Source: an uncultured Gemmatimonadaceae bacterium (GTDB lineage Bacteria; Gemmatimonadota; Gemmatimonadetes; Gemmatimonadales; Gemmatimonadaceae). Taken from it: DNA of 64,000 nt. The DNA lies in NCBI GenBank assembly GCA_963761305.1, contig CAVXGK010000001.1, forward strand, positions 128,001 through 192,000, read 5' to 3'. The notes below the pieces were generated by a model that saw nothing but the letters and a program-made list of their open reading frames with translations, was not told where the DNA came from and searched no databases. Of this stretch, positions 19,066 through 27,402 are shown piece by piece. A program made the position numbers and the translations under genes. Positions within the stretch are counted from its first letter, which is position 1; each line of letters starts with the position of its first letter.

Positions 19066-20019
19066 ATGGATGGATTAGCCGTACCGAGCCACGGCCTCAA
19101 GCTGCTCGCCGGGACGGCCAATCGGCCGCTCGCCGAGGAGATCGCGCGCAACCTGGGCGTCGATCTCTGTCGCGTGAACCTCGGCCGGTTCGCCGACGGC
19201 GAGATCTCCGTCCGCATCGACGAAAACGTGCGCGGCAACGACGTCTTCATTTTCCAGCCGACGAATCCGCCGGCCGAGAACGTGATGGAGCTGCTGCTGC
19301 TGATCGACGCGGCGCGACGCGCGTCGGCGGCGCGCATCACGTGCGTCATGCCGTACTACGGCTACGCTCGACAGGATCGAAAGGACCAGCCCCGCGTGCC
19401 GATCGGCGCCAAGCTGATGGCGAACATGATCCAGGCGGCCGGCGTCGACCGTGTGCTCGGCGTCGATTTCCACCAGCACCAGTTGCAGGGCTTCTTCGAC
19501 GTGCCGGTGGATCACCTGTACGCCATGCCCGTGTTCACGGCGCACTATCGCAAGATGCAGCTCAACGAGCCGGTGGTCGTCGCCCCGGACGTAGGCTCGG
19601 CGAAGATGGCGCGCGGTTTCGCGAAGCGCCTGAACGCCACGCTGGCCATCATCGACAAGCGGCGGCCGCAGCCGAACGTGTCCGAGGTCGTGAACGTGGT
19701 CGGCGACGTGGAAGGACACGATTGCATCCTCGTCGACGACATGATCGACACCGCCGGGACCGTGAGCGAGGCGGCGCGGGCTCTGCGCAATCTCGGTGCG
19801 AAAGACATCTATATTTGTGCGACGCACGCGCTGCTCTCCGGACCGGCGCGCGCGCGTCTCAACGACGCGCCGATCAAGGAAGTCGCGGTCACGGACACGA
19901 TCGCGATCCCCGAAGAGCGACGGCCCAACAAGCTGTTCGTGCTGTCGGTCGGCGAGCTGCTCTCCAAGGCGATTCGGTTCACGCACGCGGAGCAGTCGGT
20001 CAGTTCTTTGTTCGATTAG
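19066..20019 (+). CDS. prs: Ribose-phosphate pyrophosphokinase
   Basis: FADGEI, MPYYGYARQDRK, VAPDVG, IIDKRR, LVDDMIDTAGT, ATHALLS. Start could alternatively be 19036. Confidence 0.97.
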   Translation: MDGLAVPSHGLKLLAGTANRPLAEEIARNLGVDLCRVNLGRFADGEISVRIDENVRGNDVFIFQPTNPPAENVMELLLLIDAARRASAARITCVMPYYGYARQDRKDQPRVPIGAKLMANMIQAAGVDRVLGVDFHQHQLQGFFDVPVDHLYAMPVFTAHYRKMQLNEPVVVAPDVGSAKMARGFAKRLNATLAIIDKRRPQPNVSEVVNVVGDVEGHDCILVDDMIDTAGTVSEAARALRNLGAKDIYICATHALLSGPARARLNDAPIKEVAVTDTIAIPEERRPNKLFVLSVGELLSKAIRFTHAEQSVSSLFD

Positions 20020-20061
20020 AGACGTCTGACGTCAGAAATCTGACATCAGACGTCGGATTTC
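20020..20061. repeat. Six 7-bp tandem units (nGAnnTC) forming a 16-bp inverted repeat
   Basis: AGACGTC TGACGTC AGAAATC TGACATC AGACGTC GGATTTC; arms 20021-20036 and 20039-20054 with one mismatch. Confidence 0.85.
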
Positions 20062-20087
20062 TCAGGCGGTTTGAAAGACTGTAGGAA

Positions 20088-20147
20088 CTCGCACCTGTCT
20101 CATGGTAGGGAGGACGCAGCCTCCCGAGAGTAGACGGACGGCGCGAG
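20088..20147 (+). promoter_or_regulatory. Putative L25 ribosomal-protein leader (5S rRNA loop E mimic)
   Basis: ATGGTAG(20102-08), stem GGGAGG/CCTCCC and CGAGAGTAG(20125-33), closed by GTC(T)/(A)GAC and CTCGC/GCGAG, ending 40 nt upstream of rplY. Confidence 0.75.
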
Positions 20148-20187
20148 CGGGCTGCGATGGGTCGACGTTCAGACGGAATTCACTGAA

Positions 20188-20853
20188 ATGGCAACAGCAT
20201 CTTTGAAGGCAACGGTACGAAGCGGCGCCGGAACGGGTGACGCCCGCAAGCTCCGGCAGGCCGGCACGATCCCGGCGATCATCTACGGCCACGGGCGCGA
20301 CCCGCAGAGCCTGTCGCTCGAAGGACGAGAAGTCGAGAAGCTCCTCAGCACGATCTCGGCGGCCAGCACCGTCATCGAGCTCGCGGTCGACGGCACCACG
20401 GCCCGCACGCTGATCCGCGAGGTCCAGCGCCACCCGGTGCGGCGCAACATCATGCACATCGACTTCCAGCAGCTGGTGGCCGGCGAGAAGGTCACGGTGA
20501 GCGTCCGCATTCGCTTCACCGGCACGGCCGACGGCGTTCGCAACTCCGGCGGCATCCTCGCCGAGACGATGCATGAAATCTCCGTTCGCTGCGATCCGTC
20601 GCTGATCCCGGAGTACGTCGAGGTCGACGTCACGCCGCTCACGATCGGGCACAGCATCCACGTGCGCGATCTCAAGCTCCCCGAGGGAGTGCAGGTGCTC
20701 GACGAGCCGAGCGCAACGGTGTGCGTCTGCACCGTGCCTGCCGCGGCGATCGAGGAGGCCAAGCCGGCCGAAGGCGCCGAGCCCACAGCGGCGGCCGAGC
20801 CCGAGCTCATCCGAAAGGTGAAGCCCGAGGACGAGGAAGAAGAAGCCAAGTAA
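20188..20853 (+). CDS. rplY: 50S ribosomal protein bL25/general stress protein Ctc
   Basis: ARKLRQAGTIPAIIYGHG, LIREVQRHPV, MHIDF, G..DGVRNSGG, IGHSIHVRDL; acidic tail. Confidence 0.96.
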   Translation: MATASLKATVRSGAGTGDARKLRQAGTIPAIIYGHGRDPQSLSLEGREVEKLLSTISAASTVIELAVDGTTARTLIREVQRHPVRRNIMHIDFQQLVAGEKVTVSVRIRFTGTADGVRNSGGILAETMHEISVRCDPSLIPEYVEVDVTPLTIGHSIHVRDLKLPEGVQVLDEPSATVCVCTVPAAAIEEAKPAEGAEPTAAAEPELIRKVKPEDEEEEAK

Positions 20854-20936
20854 TTGGCGTCGTGCTGCGATTTCTCTTCAGGCGCGGACGCTCGGCCACA
20901 CCGGCCGTCGAGTCCGCGCCGCGCGACGACGAAGCC

Positions 20937-21527
20937 ATGAAAGTCATTGTCGGGCTCGGAAACCCCGGAAAGGAATACGAGCGCACGCGACACAACGTCG
21001 GCTGGTGGGTCGTCGACCACCTCGCCGACGTTTGGCGTTTCGACGCGTGGAAGCGCGACGGCGAAGCGCGCGTCACGAGCGGGTTGGTGGGGCGAACCCG
21101 CGTGCGCCTCGTGAAGCCGCACACGTACATGAACCTGAGCGGATCCGTGCTGCGGCCCTATCTCCGCCGTCCGGCGTGGTCGGCCGCGGCTGACCTGATG
21201 ATCGTCGTCGACGAAGTCGCGCTGGCGCTGGGACGCTATCGCTTTCGCGCCAACGGAAGCGCCGGCGGCCACAACGGATTGAAGAGCATCGAGGCCGCCG
21301 TCGGGTCGCAGGACTATCCACGTCTCCGCATTGGCATCGCTCCCGAGGATCCGCGCCGCCGCGGCACTTTGAGCGACTTCGTGCTCGACGACTTCGGCAA
21401 GCACGAAGCCGACGCCGTGCTGGCGTTGATGCCGACGCTCACGTCGGCTCTGGAGCTCTGGATCTCGAGCGGCATCACTCCCGTCATGAATCGCTTCACC
21501 GGAGCGGCCACGGCCGCCGATGAATAA
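20937..21527 (+). CDS. pth: Peptidyl-tRNA hydrolase
   Basis: IVGLGNPGKEYERTRHNVG, KPHTYMNLSG, GSAGGHNGLKSI, RLRIGI. Confidence 0.97.
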   Translation: MKVIVGLGNPGKEYERTRHNVGWWVVDHLADVWRFDAWKRDGEARVTSGLVGRTRVRLVKPHTYMNLSGSVLRPYLRRPAWSAAADLMIVVDEVALALGRYRFRANGSAGGHNGLKSIEAAVGSQDYPRLRIGIAPEDPRRRGTLSDFVLDDFGKHEADAVLALMPTLTSALELWISSGITPVMNRFTGAATAADE

Positions 21528-21533
21528 ACCAGA

Positions 21534-22640
21534 ATGCTGAGACTTGGAATCGTCGGGCTGCCCAACGTCGGCAAATCCACCCTGTTCAACGCGCTGACGT
21601 CGGCCGGGGTGCTGGCCGCGAACTATCCGTTCGCCACCAAGGACCCGAACGTCGGACGCGTGAACGTCCCCGATCCGCGGCTCGACGTGCTGGCCGGCAT
21701 CGTGCGCCCCGAGCGCGTCGTGCCGGCGGTCGTCGAATTCGTCGACATCGCGGGTCTCGTCAAGGGCGCGTCGCAGGGCGAAGGGCTCGGCAACCAATTT
21801 CTCGCCAACATCCGCGAGACCGACGCCGTCGTGCACGTGGTGCGCGCGTTCGACGACGACGACGTGCTGCACGTGATGGGCGCCGTCGACCCGGTGCGCG
21901 ATCGCGAGGTAATCGAGTTCGAGCTCGCCCTGGCCGACCTGTCGATCGTGGAGAAGCGGCTCGACCGCGTGCGCCGCGCGGCCAAGACGGGTGACAAGGA
22001 AGCGCTGGCGGAATTGGGAGCGCTCGAGGCCGCGCACGCCGAGCTCAAAGAAGGCCGCGCCCTGTGGCACGCGCGACTCGCCGACGCACATCGTCGCACG
22101 CTGGCGCCGCTCTCGCTGCTCACGCTCAAGCCCGTCCTCTACGCGGCGAACGTGACCGACGCCGAGCTCTCGGGCGCGGAACACGAGGGCGCGCACATTG
22201 CGAAACTGCGTCGCGCCATCTCCGACAGTGGAGAGCCGGCCGAAGTCGTTCCCTTCTCCGCCAAGATCGAAGCGGAGCTGGCCGATCTCCCCGAGGAGGA
22301 CCGCCAGGCGTTTCTCGAATCGCTCGGCCTGGAGTCGGCCGGGCTCGATCGCCTGATCCGCGCCGGATACCACCTGCTGGGCCTCCAGACGTACTTCACC
22401 GCGGGCGAGCAGGAAGCCCGCGCCTGGACGATTCACCGCGGCGACACGGCGCCCGTCGCGGCCGGCGTCATTCACACAGATTTCGAGCGCGGCTTCATCC
22501 GCGCCGAGACGGTGGGCTACGACGAGTTCGTGGCGAACGACGGGTGGAAGGGCGCGCGCGAGAAGGGCGTTGTCAGGTCGGAAGGCAAGGAATACGTCGT
22601 CAAGGACGGGGACGTGATGCTTTTCCGCTTCAACGTTTAG
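21534..22640 (+). CDS. ychF: Redox-regulated ATPase YchF
   Basis: GIVGLPNVGKSTLFNALT, ANYPFAT, VDIAGLVKGAS.GEGLGN, IHTDFERGFIRAE. Confidence 0.97.
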   Translation: MLRLGIVGLPNVGKSTLFNALTSAGVLAANYPFATKDPNVGRVNVPDPRLDVLAGIVRPERVVPAVVEFVDIAGLVKGASQGEGLGNQFLANIRETDAVVHVVRAFDDDDVLHVMGAVDPVRDREVIEFELALADLSIVEKRLDRVRRAAKTGDKEALAELGALEAAHAELKEGRALWHARLADAHRRTLAPLSLLTLKPVLYAANVTDAELSGAEHEGAHIAKLRRAISDSGEPAEVVPFSAKIEAELADLPEEDRQAFLESLGLESAGLDRLIRAGYHLLGLQTYFTAGEQEARAWTIHRGDTAPVAAGVIHTDFERGFIRAETVGYDEFVANDGWKGAREKGVVRSEGKEYVVKDGDVMLFRFNV

Positions 22641-22834
22641 AAACGCCAAAACGTCGGTTAACATCGCCGTTTGGCCGGTTAGATTGCCGCTTTCCCCCCG
22701 AATGCAGTCCGAAGATCGCCGACTTTGATCGGCCGGTCCGGCACACATTCGCACACCTGGTACGTCATTCGACGTATGGGCGGTGGCATCGTGAGATCGT
22801 AGCGTCGCGTTGACCTCAAGCCTGAGGAATCGCC

Positions 22835-23254
22835 ATGCGCCACTTTCGCGTCGTGCTGCTGCTCTTCACCGCCGCATGCAATTCAGACGCGTTCGGGGTC
22901 ACGCATCCGGCTGACGCCGGGGGCGCTTGGAACCTGCGGACGATCGGTGGGCAGCCGTTGCCCGTGACCATCCAACTGCTCACCGCTGAGGACTCGCTTG
23001 TCGTTCTGAGATCAGTCCTGACGCTTTACGCTGACGGCTCCTACTCCGAGATTGCCTCGGGTCGACTCGTGTCCTCTGGAGCGCCCGACACCGTCAGGGA
23101 CGGCGGAACGTGGGAAAGCGGCCTCAATGAGACTGACGTCATTTTCCTCACGACGATTTATGGCCCGTCCGCGAGGCTTGGCTGAGTCTCCGACGACTCT
23201 TTGTCGACCTGGGGCAACCCATGGGTCGGGTCGACACTGGTCTACCGCCGTTGA
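22835..23254 (+). pseudogene. Small lipoprotein interrupted by an in-frame TGA at 23183 (116 aa to the first stop, 139 codons with read-through)
   Basis: GAGGA SD, lipobox TAAC, WNLRTIGGQPLP, LTLYADGSY, DGGTW. The same frame continues VSDDSLSTWGNPWVGSTLVYRR* after the TGA. Confidence 0.55.
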
Positions 23255-23514
23255 ACGTTCTCGAGCGAGGGCCAATCGCGCCCCGAAAAGCGAGCCCAAT
23301 CGGAACACGCCAGGCACAGCCGAAACGCAAGAGACGGCCTGACAAGGCGTTAGAAAAGTGTCACGCGCCCCCCGCTTCAACGTCTGAATCGTCACAACAA
23401 GCGGACAGATCCCTACAAGGGGCCGTTGAACCCATTTTCGGGCACAAGCGTAGTATTTGCAGAGGCATTAAGCGGCGATCTCTGCCGCTGGCCTCTCCTC
23501 CTACTGAGAACGCT

Positions 23515-24501
23515 GTGATCCTTCCCGGTCTTGGGCTTGTCGTTCGTGGCGCCATGCTGGTGCTCGGCATCGCGGCGGTGTTTCCCGCCGGCGCCGGGGA
23601 CATGCGCTCGCACCCCAACCCGGCCGCGAACTACGACGAGGCCGTCGCGCGTGCGAGACAGATCATCGCGGCCGACTCGGCCGTCGCCGCGCCTGGGGGC
23701 GAGTCGATTCTCCTCGTGCACGGGGCGAAGACGCCGCGCGCCGTCGTGCTGCTGCATGGGTTCACCGATTCACCCCATCAATTCGCCGCGCTCGCCGACT
23801 CTCTCTACGCGCTCGGCGACAACGTCTTCGTTCCGCGACTGCCGCATCACGCGGAGCGCGGCCGCGACGCGCGCGAGTTGTCCCGACTCTCGGCTGCGGA
23901 TTTGTGCCGGACCGGCGACGCGTCGGTAGACGTGGCGGCCGGACTCGGGGACTCGGTGATCGTGGCGGGACTGAGTGTCGGTGGAACGATCGCCGCCTGG
24001 GTTGCCGAACATCGGCCGGAGGTCACGCGGGCGGTCGTCATCGCGCCGCCGTTCGAGGTGACGCACCTCCCGGCCGTCCTCGAAAAGTCGGTCGTGAACT
24101 TGAGCTCGCACGTGCCGAACGTGACGCGCCGCGAGCCCGCCGACTCCGGGCGTCCCGATCGAGATCCGGGCTACACGACGCACGCGCTCGCGCAGGTGCT
24201 CAAGCTCGGCATGGTGGTGCGCCGGGACGCGAGCCGCGACGTGCCGTCGCGCGCCGAGGTGCTGTTCCTCGTGAACGCGAACGACGGCACGGTGAAGACG
24301 GCGCCCGTGCTGGACCTCGCTCGCCTGTGGAACGACCGCGGGGTTGCGGTTTCGGTATTCGAGTTCCCTGATTCCCTGCGCCTCGCCCACAACGTCCTCG
24401 ACCCCATCAAGCAGCGTTCCGACGCCGATGCGGTGTACCCCACGCTCGAAGCCCTCGCCCATGGACAAAGTCCGCCGGCCTGGCTCCGAGCGCGTTTCTA
24501 G
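23515..24501 (+). CDS. Alpha/beta hydrolase (carboxylesterase/lipase-like)
   Basis: VLLHGFTDSP oxyanion motif, GLSVGG nucleophile elbow, NDGTV (Asp), LAHNV (His). Start approximate. Confidence 0.88.
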   Translation: MILPGLGLVVRGAMLVLGIAAVFPAGAGDMRSHPNPAANYDEAVARARQIIAADSAVAAPGGESILLVHGAKTPRAVVLLHGFTDSPHQFAALADSLYALGDNVFVPRLPHHAERGRDARELSRLSAADLCRTGDASVDVAAGLGDSVIVAGLSVGGTIAAWVAEHRPEVTRAVVIAPPFEVTHLPAVLEKSVVNLSSHVPNVTRREPADSGRPDRDPGYTTHALAQVLKLGMVVRRDASRDVPSRAEVLFLVNANDGTVKTAPVLDLARLWNDRGVAVSVFEFPDSLRLAHNVLDPIKQRSDADAVYPTLEALAHGQSPPAWLRARF

Positions 24502-24529
24502 GCGTTTCTAGCCGTTGGCGGACGGTCGT

Positions 24530-24922
24530 CTAGCGAATGACGACGTTGCTCTGCGCGAGCACCGCGCCGACCGTGAACACGACACTCTGTCCCGGACCGA
24601 CGGCGACCGACCCGGTCGAGGCGCGGCCGGTGCCGCCGATCGGCACCGCGATCAGGCTAAAGTCGCGCGACCCGATCGCCCCATCGAGCAGGAAGTGACG
24701 GCTGCCGTTCCCGGTGACCGTCCCGAGCCGCGTGGAAATCCCGTCGACGATCGAGAAGACGTCCACGTCGAGAAAGTTTTGGTTTCTGACGTCCAGCCCA
24801 ACGTCGCTCGCGGGTACGACGTCGCCTCCAGCCGTAGCGGCGTAGCCACTGCTTCCGCAGGCCGAGACGCCCGCCGCGGCTCCAACGGCGAGCACGACGG
24901 CTATGATTCTCAGGTTCTTCAT
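24530..24922 (-). CDS. Small hypothetical lipoprotein
   Basis: GGAGG SD; MKNLRIIAVVLAVGAAAGVSAC lipobox; beta-rich mature region (VRNQNFLDVDVF, RLGTVTGNGS). Confidence 0.75.
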   Translation of the reverse strand: MKNLRIIAVVLAVGAAAGVSACGSSGYAATAGGDVVPASDVGLDVRNQNFLDVDVFSIVDGISTRLGTVTGNGSRHFLLDGAIGSRDFSLIAVPIGGTGRASTGSVAVGPGQSVVFTVGAVLAQSNVVIR

Positions 24923-24985
24923 AAATGTCCTCCGCATTTATTTAGCAAGCGGGGCGCTAAGAACGCCCCGGAGGCATAGAGAAGG

Positions 24986-25000
24986 GCATCTGTGGTGCCA
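24986..25000 (-). promoter_or_regulatory. Putative sigma-54 (-24/-12) promoter of the lipoprotein gene
   Basis: Minus strand reads TGGCAC-CACAG-ATGC, with exact GG-N10-GC spacing, about 63 nt upstream of the ATG. Confidence 0.65.
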
Positions 25001-25068
25001 GGGGACCACTTGACTTGCGGGAACCCTGGATGCGAGGCCGCTTGCGTCAAACACACGATGCGGCTGAC

Positions 25069-25097
25069 TTGAGATAATTCGTTGCGCCGATTATGAT
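25069..25097 (+). promoter_or_regulatory. Sigma-70-type promoter of the rpsF operon
   Basis: TTGAGA-N17-TATGAT, about 100 nt upstream of rpsF. Confidence 0.75.
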
Positions 25098-25118
25098 TAG
25101 CGAGCTGGGCGCACATCG

Positions 25119-25198
25119 CGCGCAGCCACAAACGTTCCCCTCCCCTCGCTCCGGCAACCAGCGAGAGGCGGTCAGACCAAAGGGAGGATTGCCTGCGC
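25119..25198 (+). promoter_or_regulatory. Putative S6:S18 ribosomal-protein leader
   Basis: CCTCCC(25139-44) pairs with the SD GGGAGG(25182-87); inner stem CTCGCT/AGCGAG; 3' GGCGGTCAGACCAAAGGGAGG resembles known rpsF leaders. Confidence 0.65.
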
Positions 25199-25567
25199 AT
25201 GACGCGCCATTACGAGGCGGTGTACGTCTTCGACTCGACCCTCGAAGACGCCGCGATCACCGAGAAGCTCGGTCGACTGCATGGACTGCTCGGCAACCCG
25301 GGCGACCTGCAAGTGAATCACTGGGGCCGGCGACAGCTCGCCTACCCGATCGGCCGGCGCGAGTCCGGCTACTACGCCGTCGCGAGATTTACGATCGACG
25401 CGACGACGCTTCCCGAATACGAACGCGCGATCAAGCTCGACGACGGCATCGTCCGTCACCTGATCACGCTCTTCGAGAACGAGCTCGGCGCTCCGCCGAT
25501 GTCGGAAGAGGAGATCGCCGCCGCCAACCGTCGTCGCGAGTCGGACGACGACGACGACGAGGAATAG
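25199..25567 (+). CDS. rpsF: 30S ribosomal protein bS6
   Basis: HYEAVYVF, HWGRRQLAYPI, GYY, IVRHL. Confidence 0.96.
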   Translation: MTRHYEAVYVFDSTLEDAAITEKLGRLHGLLGNPGDLQVNHWGRRQLAYPIGRRESGYYAVARFTIDATTLPEYERAIKLDDGIVRHLITLFENELGAPPMSEEEIAAANRRRESDDDDDEE

Positions 25568-25570
25568 ACA

Positions 25571-25792
25571 ATGCGACGACCCCAGAAAGCGTGTCCCTTC
25601 TGCGAGACGCGCGTCCGCTACATCGACTACAAGGACGACCGCACGCTCGGCCGCTTCATCACCGACCACGGAAAGATTCTTCCGAGCCGGCTGAGCGGCA
25701 CGTGCTCGCGCCACCAGCGCCAGCTCTCCACGGCGATCAAGCGCGCGCGCTACCTCGCGATCATCCCGTATACGCGGGGCCTGCAGCCGTAG
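25571..25792 (+). CDS. rpsR: 30S ribosomal protein bS18 (Zn-binding C+ form)
   Basis: [35 protein letters not shown]. Confidence 0.97.
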   Translation: MRRPQKACPFCETRVRYIDYKDDRTLGRFITDHGKILPSRLSGTCSRHQRQLSTAIKRARYLAIIPYTRGLQP

Positions 25793-25796
25793 TCCG

Positions 25797-26915
25797 ATGA
25801 CCGATCCGGCGTCGCACACGACCACGATCGAGCCACCGCCACCGCCGCCGGCCGACAGCACGGCGGTGGCGCCGCAGCCTGCGCCGTCGGAGCGAGGCTG
25901 GGGCAAGCTCTTTCTCGCCCTGGCCGCGTTCGTGTTCGTTCCGCTCCTGCCGCAGGTGCGCGCCATCCTGCCGATCGAACAGACGATGTTGCTGTTCGTG
26001 CCGGCGGTCGCCGCGTGCGCGCTCGTTGGATGGTGGGCGGGAGGCCGCGCGTTTTTCGCGATCGCGTGGGTCGCGATCGCGGTGTTGATCACGGTTCAAC
26101 CGCCGGGAATCGCCGGGCCGTTCTACAATCTGGCGCGCGGCTGGAGTCTGCTCCTCGCCGGAGCGTTTGGGCTCGTGTGCCTGCTGTCCACCGACCGGCC
26201 GTTTTTCACGCGCGCGATGGCGGCGCTGGTGATGACGCTCGGATTGGGGATCGTGATGAGCTTGATCGGTCCGGTCACGATGTCGCGCACGGCGACCGTG
26301 ATGTCCGGCGAGTTCACGCGCCGGAACGGCGACACGATGGCGTCGTTCACGTCGGTCATCCAAACGCATCCGCAGGAGTGGCGGCAGTTGGTCGACAAGA
26401 TGCCGGCGCTCGCCGAGCTGCCGTCGGACGCCGAGAAGGGGTTGGCGTCGCTCTCCGACTTGGGGCGCACGATCTTCCCGTCGCTGCTCGCGCTCGAATC
26501 GCTCGCCGCTCTCGCGCTGGCGTGGGCGACGTATCACCGTCTCAGCCGCGCGCGACTCGGCGCGCCGCTCGGCGCGCTGCGCGAATTTCGGTTCAACGAC
26601 CAACTGGTGTGGGGGCTGATCGTCGGGCTGGTGACGGTGCTCGTGCCGAGTCTCTCCGGCATGCGCGATTTCGGCGCGAACCTGCTCGTCTTTTTCGGAA
26701 CGTTGTACGCGGTGCGCGGGCTCGGCGTCCTCAACTGGTTCATGGCGCCGGGAACGCTCGGAGTCGCGATGGTCATCGGCGGGGTGCTGCTGTTCGCCCC
26801 CGTGCTTCAGGTGTTTGCCGCACTCGCCTTCATCATGCTCGCCGTCGCGGCGATCGCGCTGGGCCTCGGTGATACATGGGCCGATTGGCGCGGGCGCGCC
26901 CGGCCGACTGCATAA
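25797..26915 (+). CDS. DUF2232/YybS-family membrane protein
   Basis: Many TM helices, FRFNDQLVW and LGLGDTWADWR; usual position between rpsR and rplI. Confidence 0.8.
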   Translation: MTDPASHTTTIEPPPPPPADSTAVAPQPAPSERGWGKLFLALAAFVFVPLLPQVRAILPIEQTMLLFVPAVAACALVGWWAGGRAFFAIAWVAIAVLITVQPPGIAGPFYNLARGWSLLLAGAFGLVCLLSTDRPFFTRAMAALVMTLGLGIVMSLIGPVTMSRTATVMSGEFTRRNGDTMASFTSVIQTHPQEWRQLVDKMPALAELPSDAEKGLASLSDLGRTIFPSLLALESLAALALAWATYHRLSRARLGAPLGALREFRFNDQLVWGLIVGLVTVLVPSLSGMRDFGANLLVFFGTLYAVRGLGVLNWFMAPGTLGVAMVIGGVLLFAPVLQVFAALAFIMLAVAAIALGLGDTWADWRGRARPTA

Positions 26916-26954
26916 CGTCGTCTCTCAATTCAGCACTTCGATCGGAGCTCAGTC

Positions 26955-27398
26955 ATGGAAATCATCCTTCGCCAGGCTGTCGAGAACCTCGGCAAAACGG
27001 GCGACGTCGTGAACGTGAAACCCGGTTACGCCCGCAACTATCTACTCCCGCACGGTCTCGCCTACGAAGCGACGCCCGGCAACCTCAAGCGCATCCAGCA
27101 GGAGCGTGACCGCCTCGAGGCCGCCGAGAGCGACCGCCGCGGCGTGGCACAGGGATTGGCGGAGAAGCTCGAGCAGGTATCGCTCACCTTCTCGGCGCGC
27201 GTGGGCGAGGAGGGCAAGTTGTTCGGCTCCGTGACGTCGACCGACATCGCGGCCCAGCTCGAGGCCCAGGGCTACCACATCGAGAAGCGCCAAATCGACC
27301 TGCACGAGCCGATCAAGGCGCTCGGGGTCTATCGGGTGCCGATTCGCCTGCACGCCGACGTCAAGCCGGAAGTCCGGGTCTGGGTCATTAAGCAGTAA
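26955..27398 (+). CDS. rplI: 50S ribosomal protein bL9
   Basis: LGKTGDVVNVKPGYARNYLLP, GKLFGSVT, PIKALG. Confidence 0.98.
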   Translation: MEIILRQAVENLGKTGDVVNVKPGYARNYLLPHGLAYEATPGNLKRIQQERDRLEAAESDRRGVAQGLAEKLEQVSLTFSARVGEEGKLFGSVTSTDIAAQLEAQGYHIEKRQIDLHEPIKALGVYRVPIRLHADVKPEVRVWVIKQ

Positions 27399-27402
27399 GT
27401 CG

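Noticed and set aside
20060..20180. A real 5S rRNA gene
   Set aside because: Only the loop E/helix IV motif matches. The 5' domain (CCCATGCCGAAC, GTGAAAC) is absent and there is no rRNA operon context.
20283..22754. Long antisense ORFs (e.g. 20283-22754 minus, 15-974 plus, 8502-10418 plus, 34130-36148 minus)
   Set aside because: Shadow frames of real genes, expected at high GC; they have no recognisable motifs and the opposite strand carries the conserved proteins.
23183..23220. Confident selenoprotein call
   Set aside because: The downstream hairpin lacks the apical G typical of bacterial SECIS and there is no redox-motif context; kept only as a low-interest finding.
23461..23496. Riboswitch upstream of the esterase (AGAGGC/GCCTCT and AGCGGC/GCCGCT stems)
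   Set aside because: A simple hairpin in which I recognise no aptamer consensus; it cannot be assigned without a covariance search.
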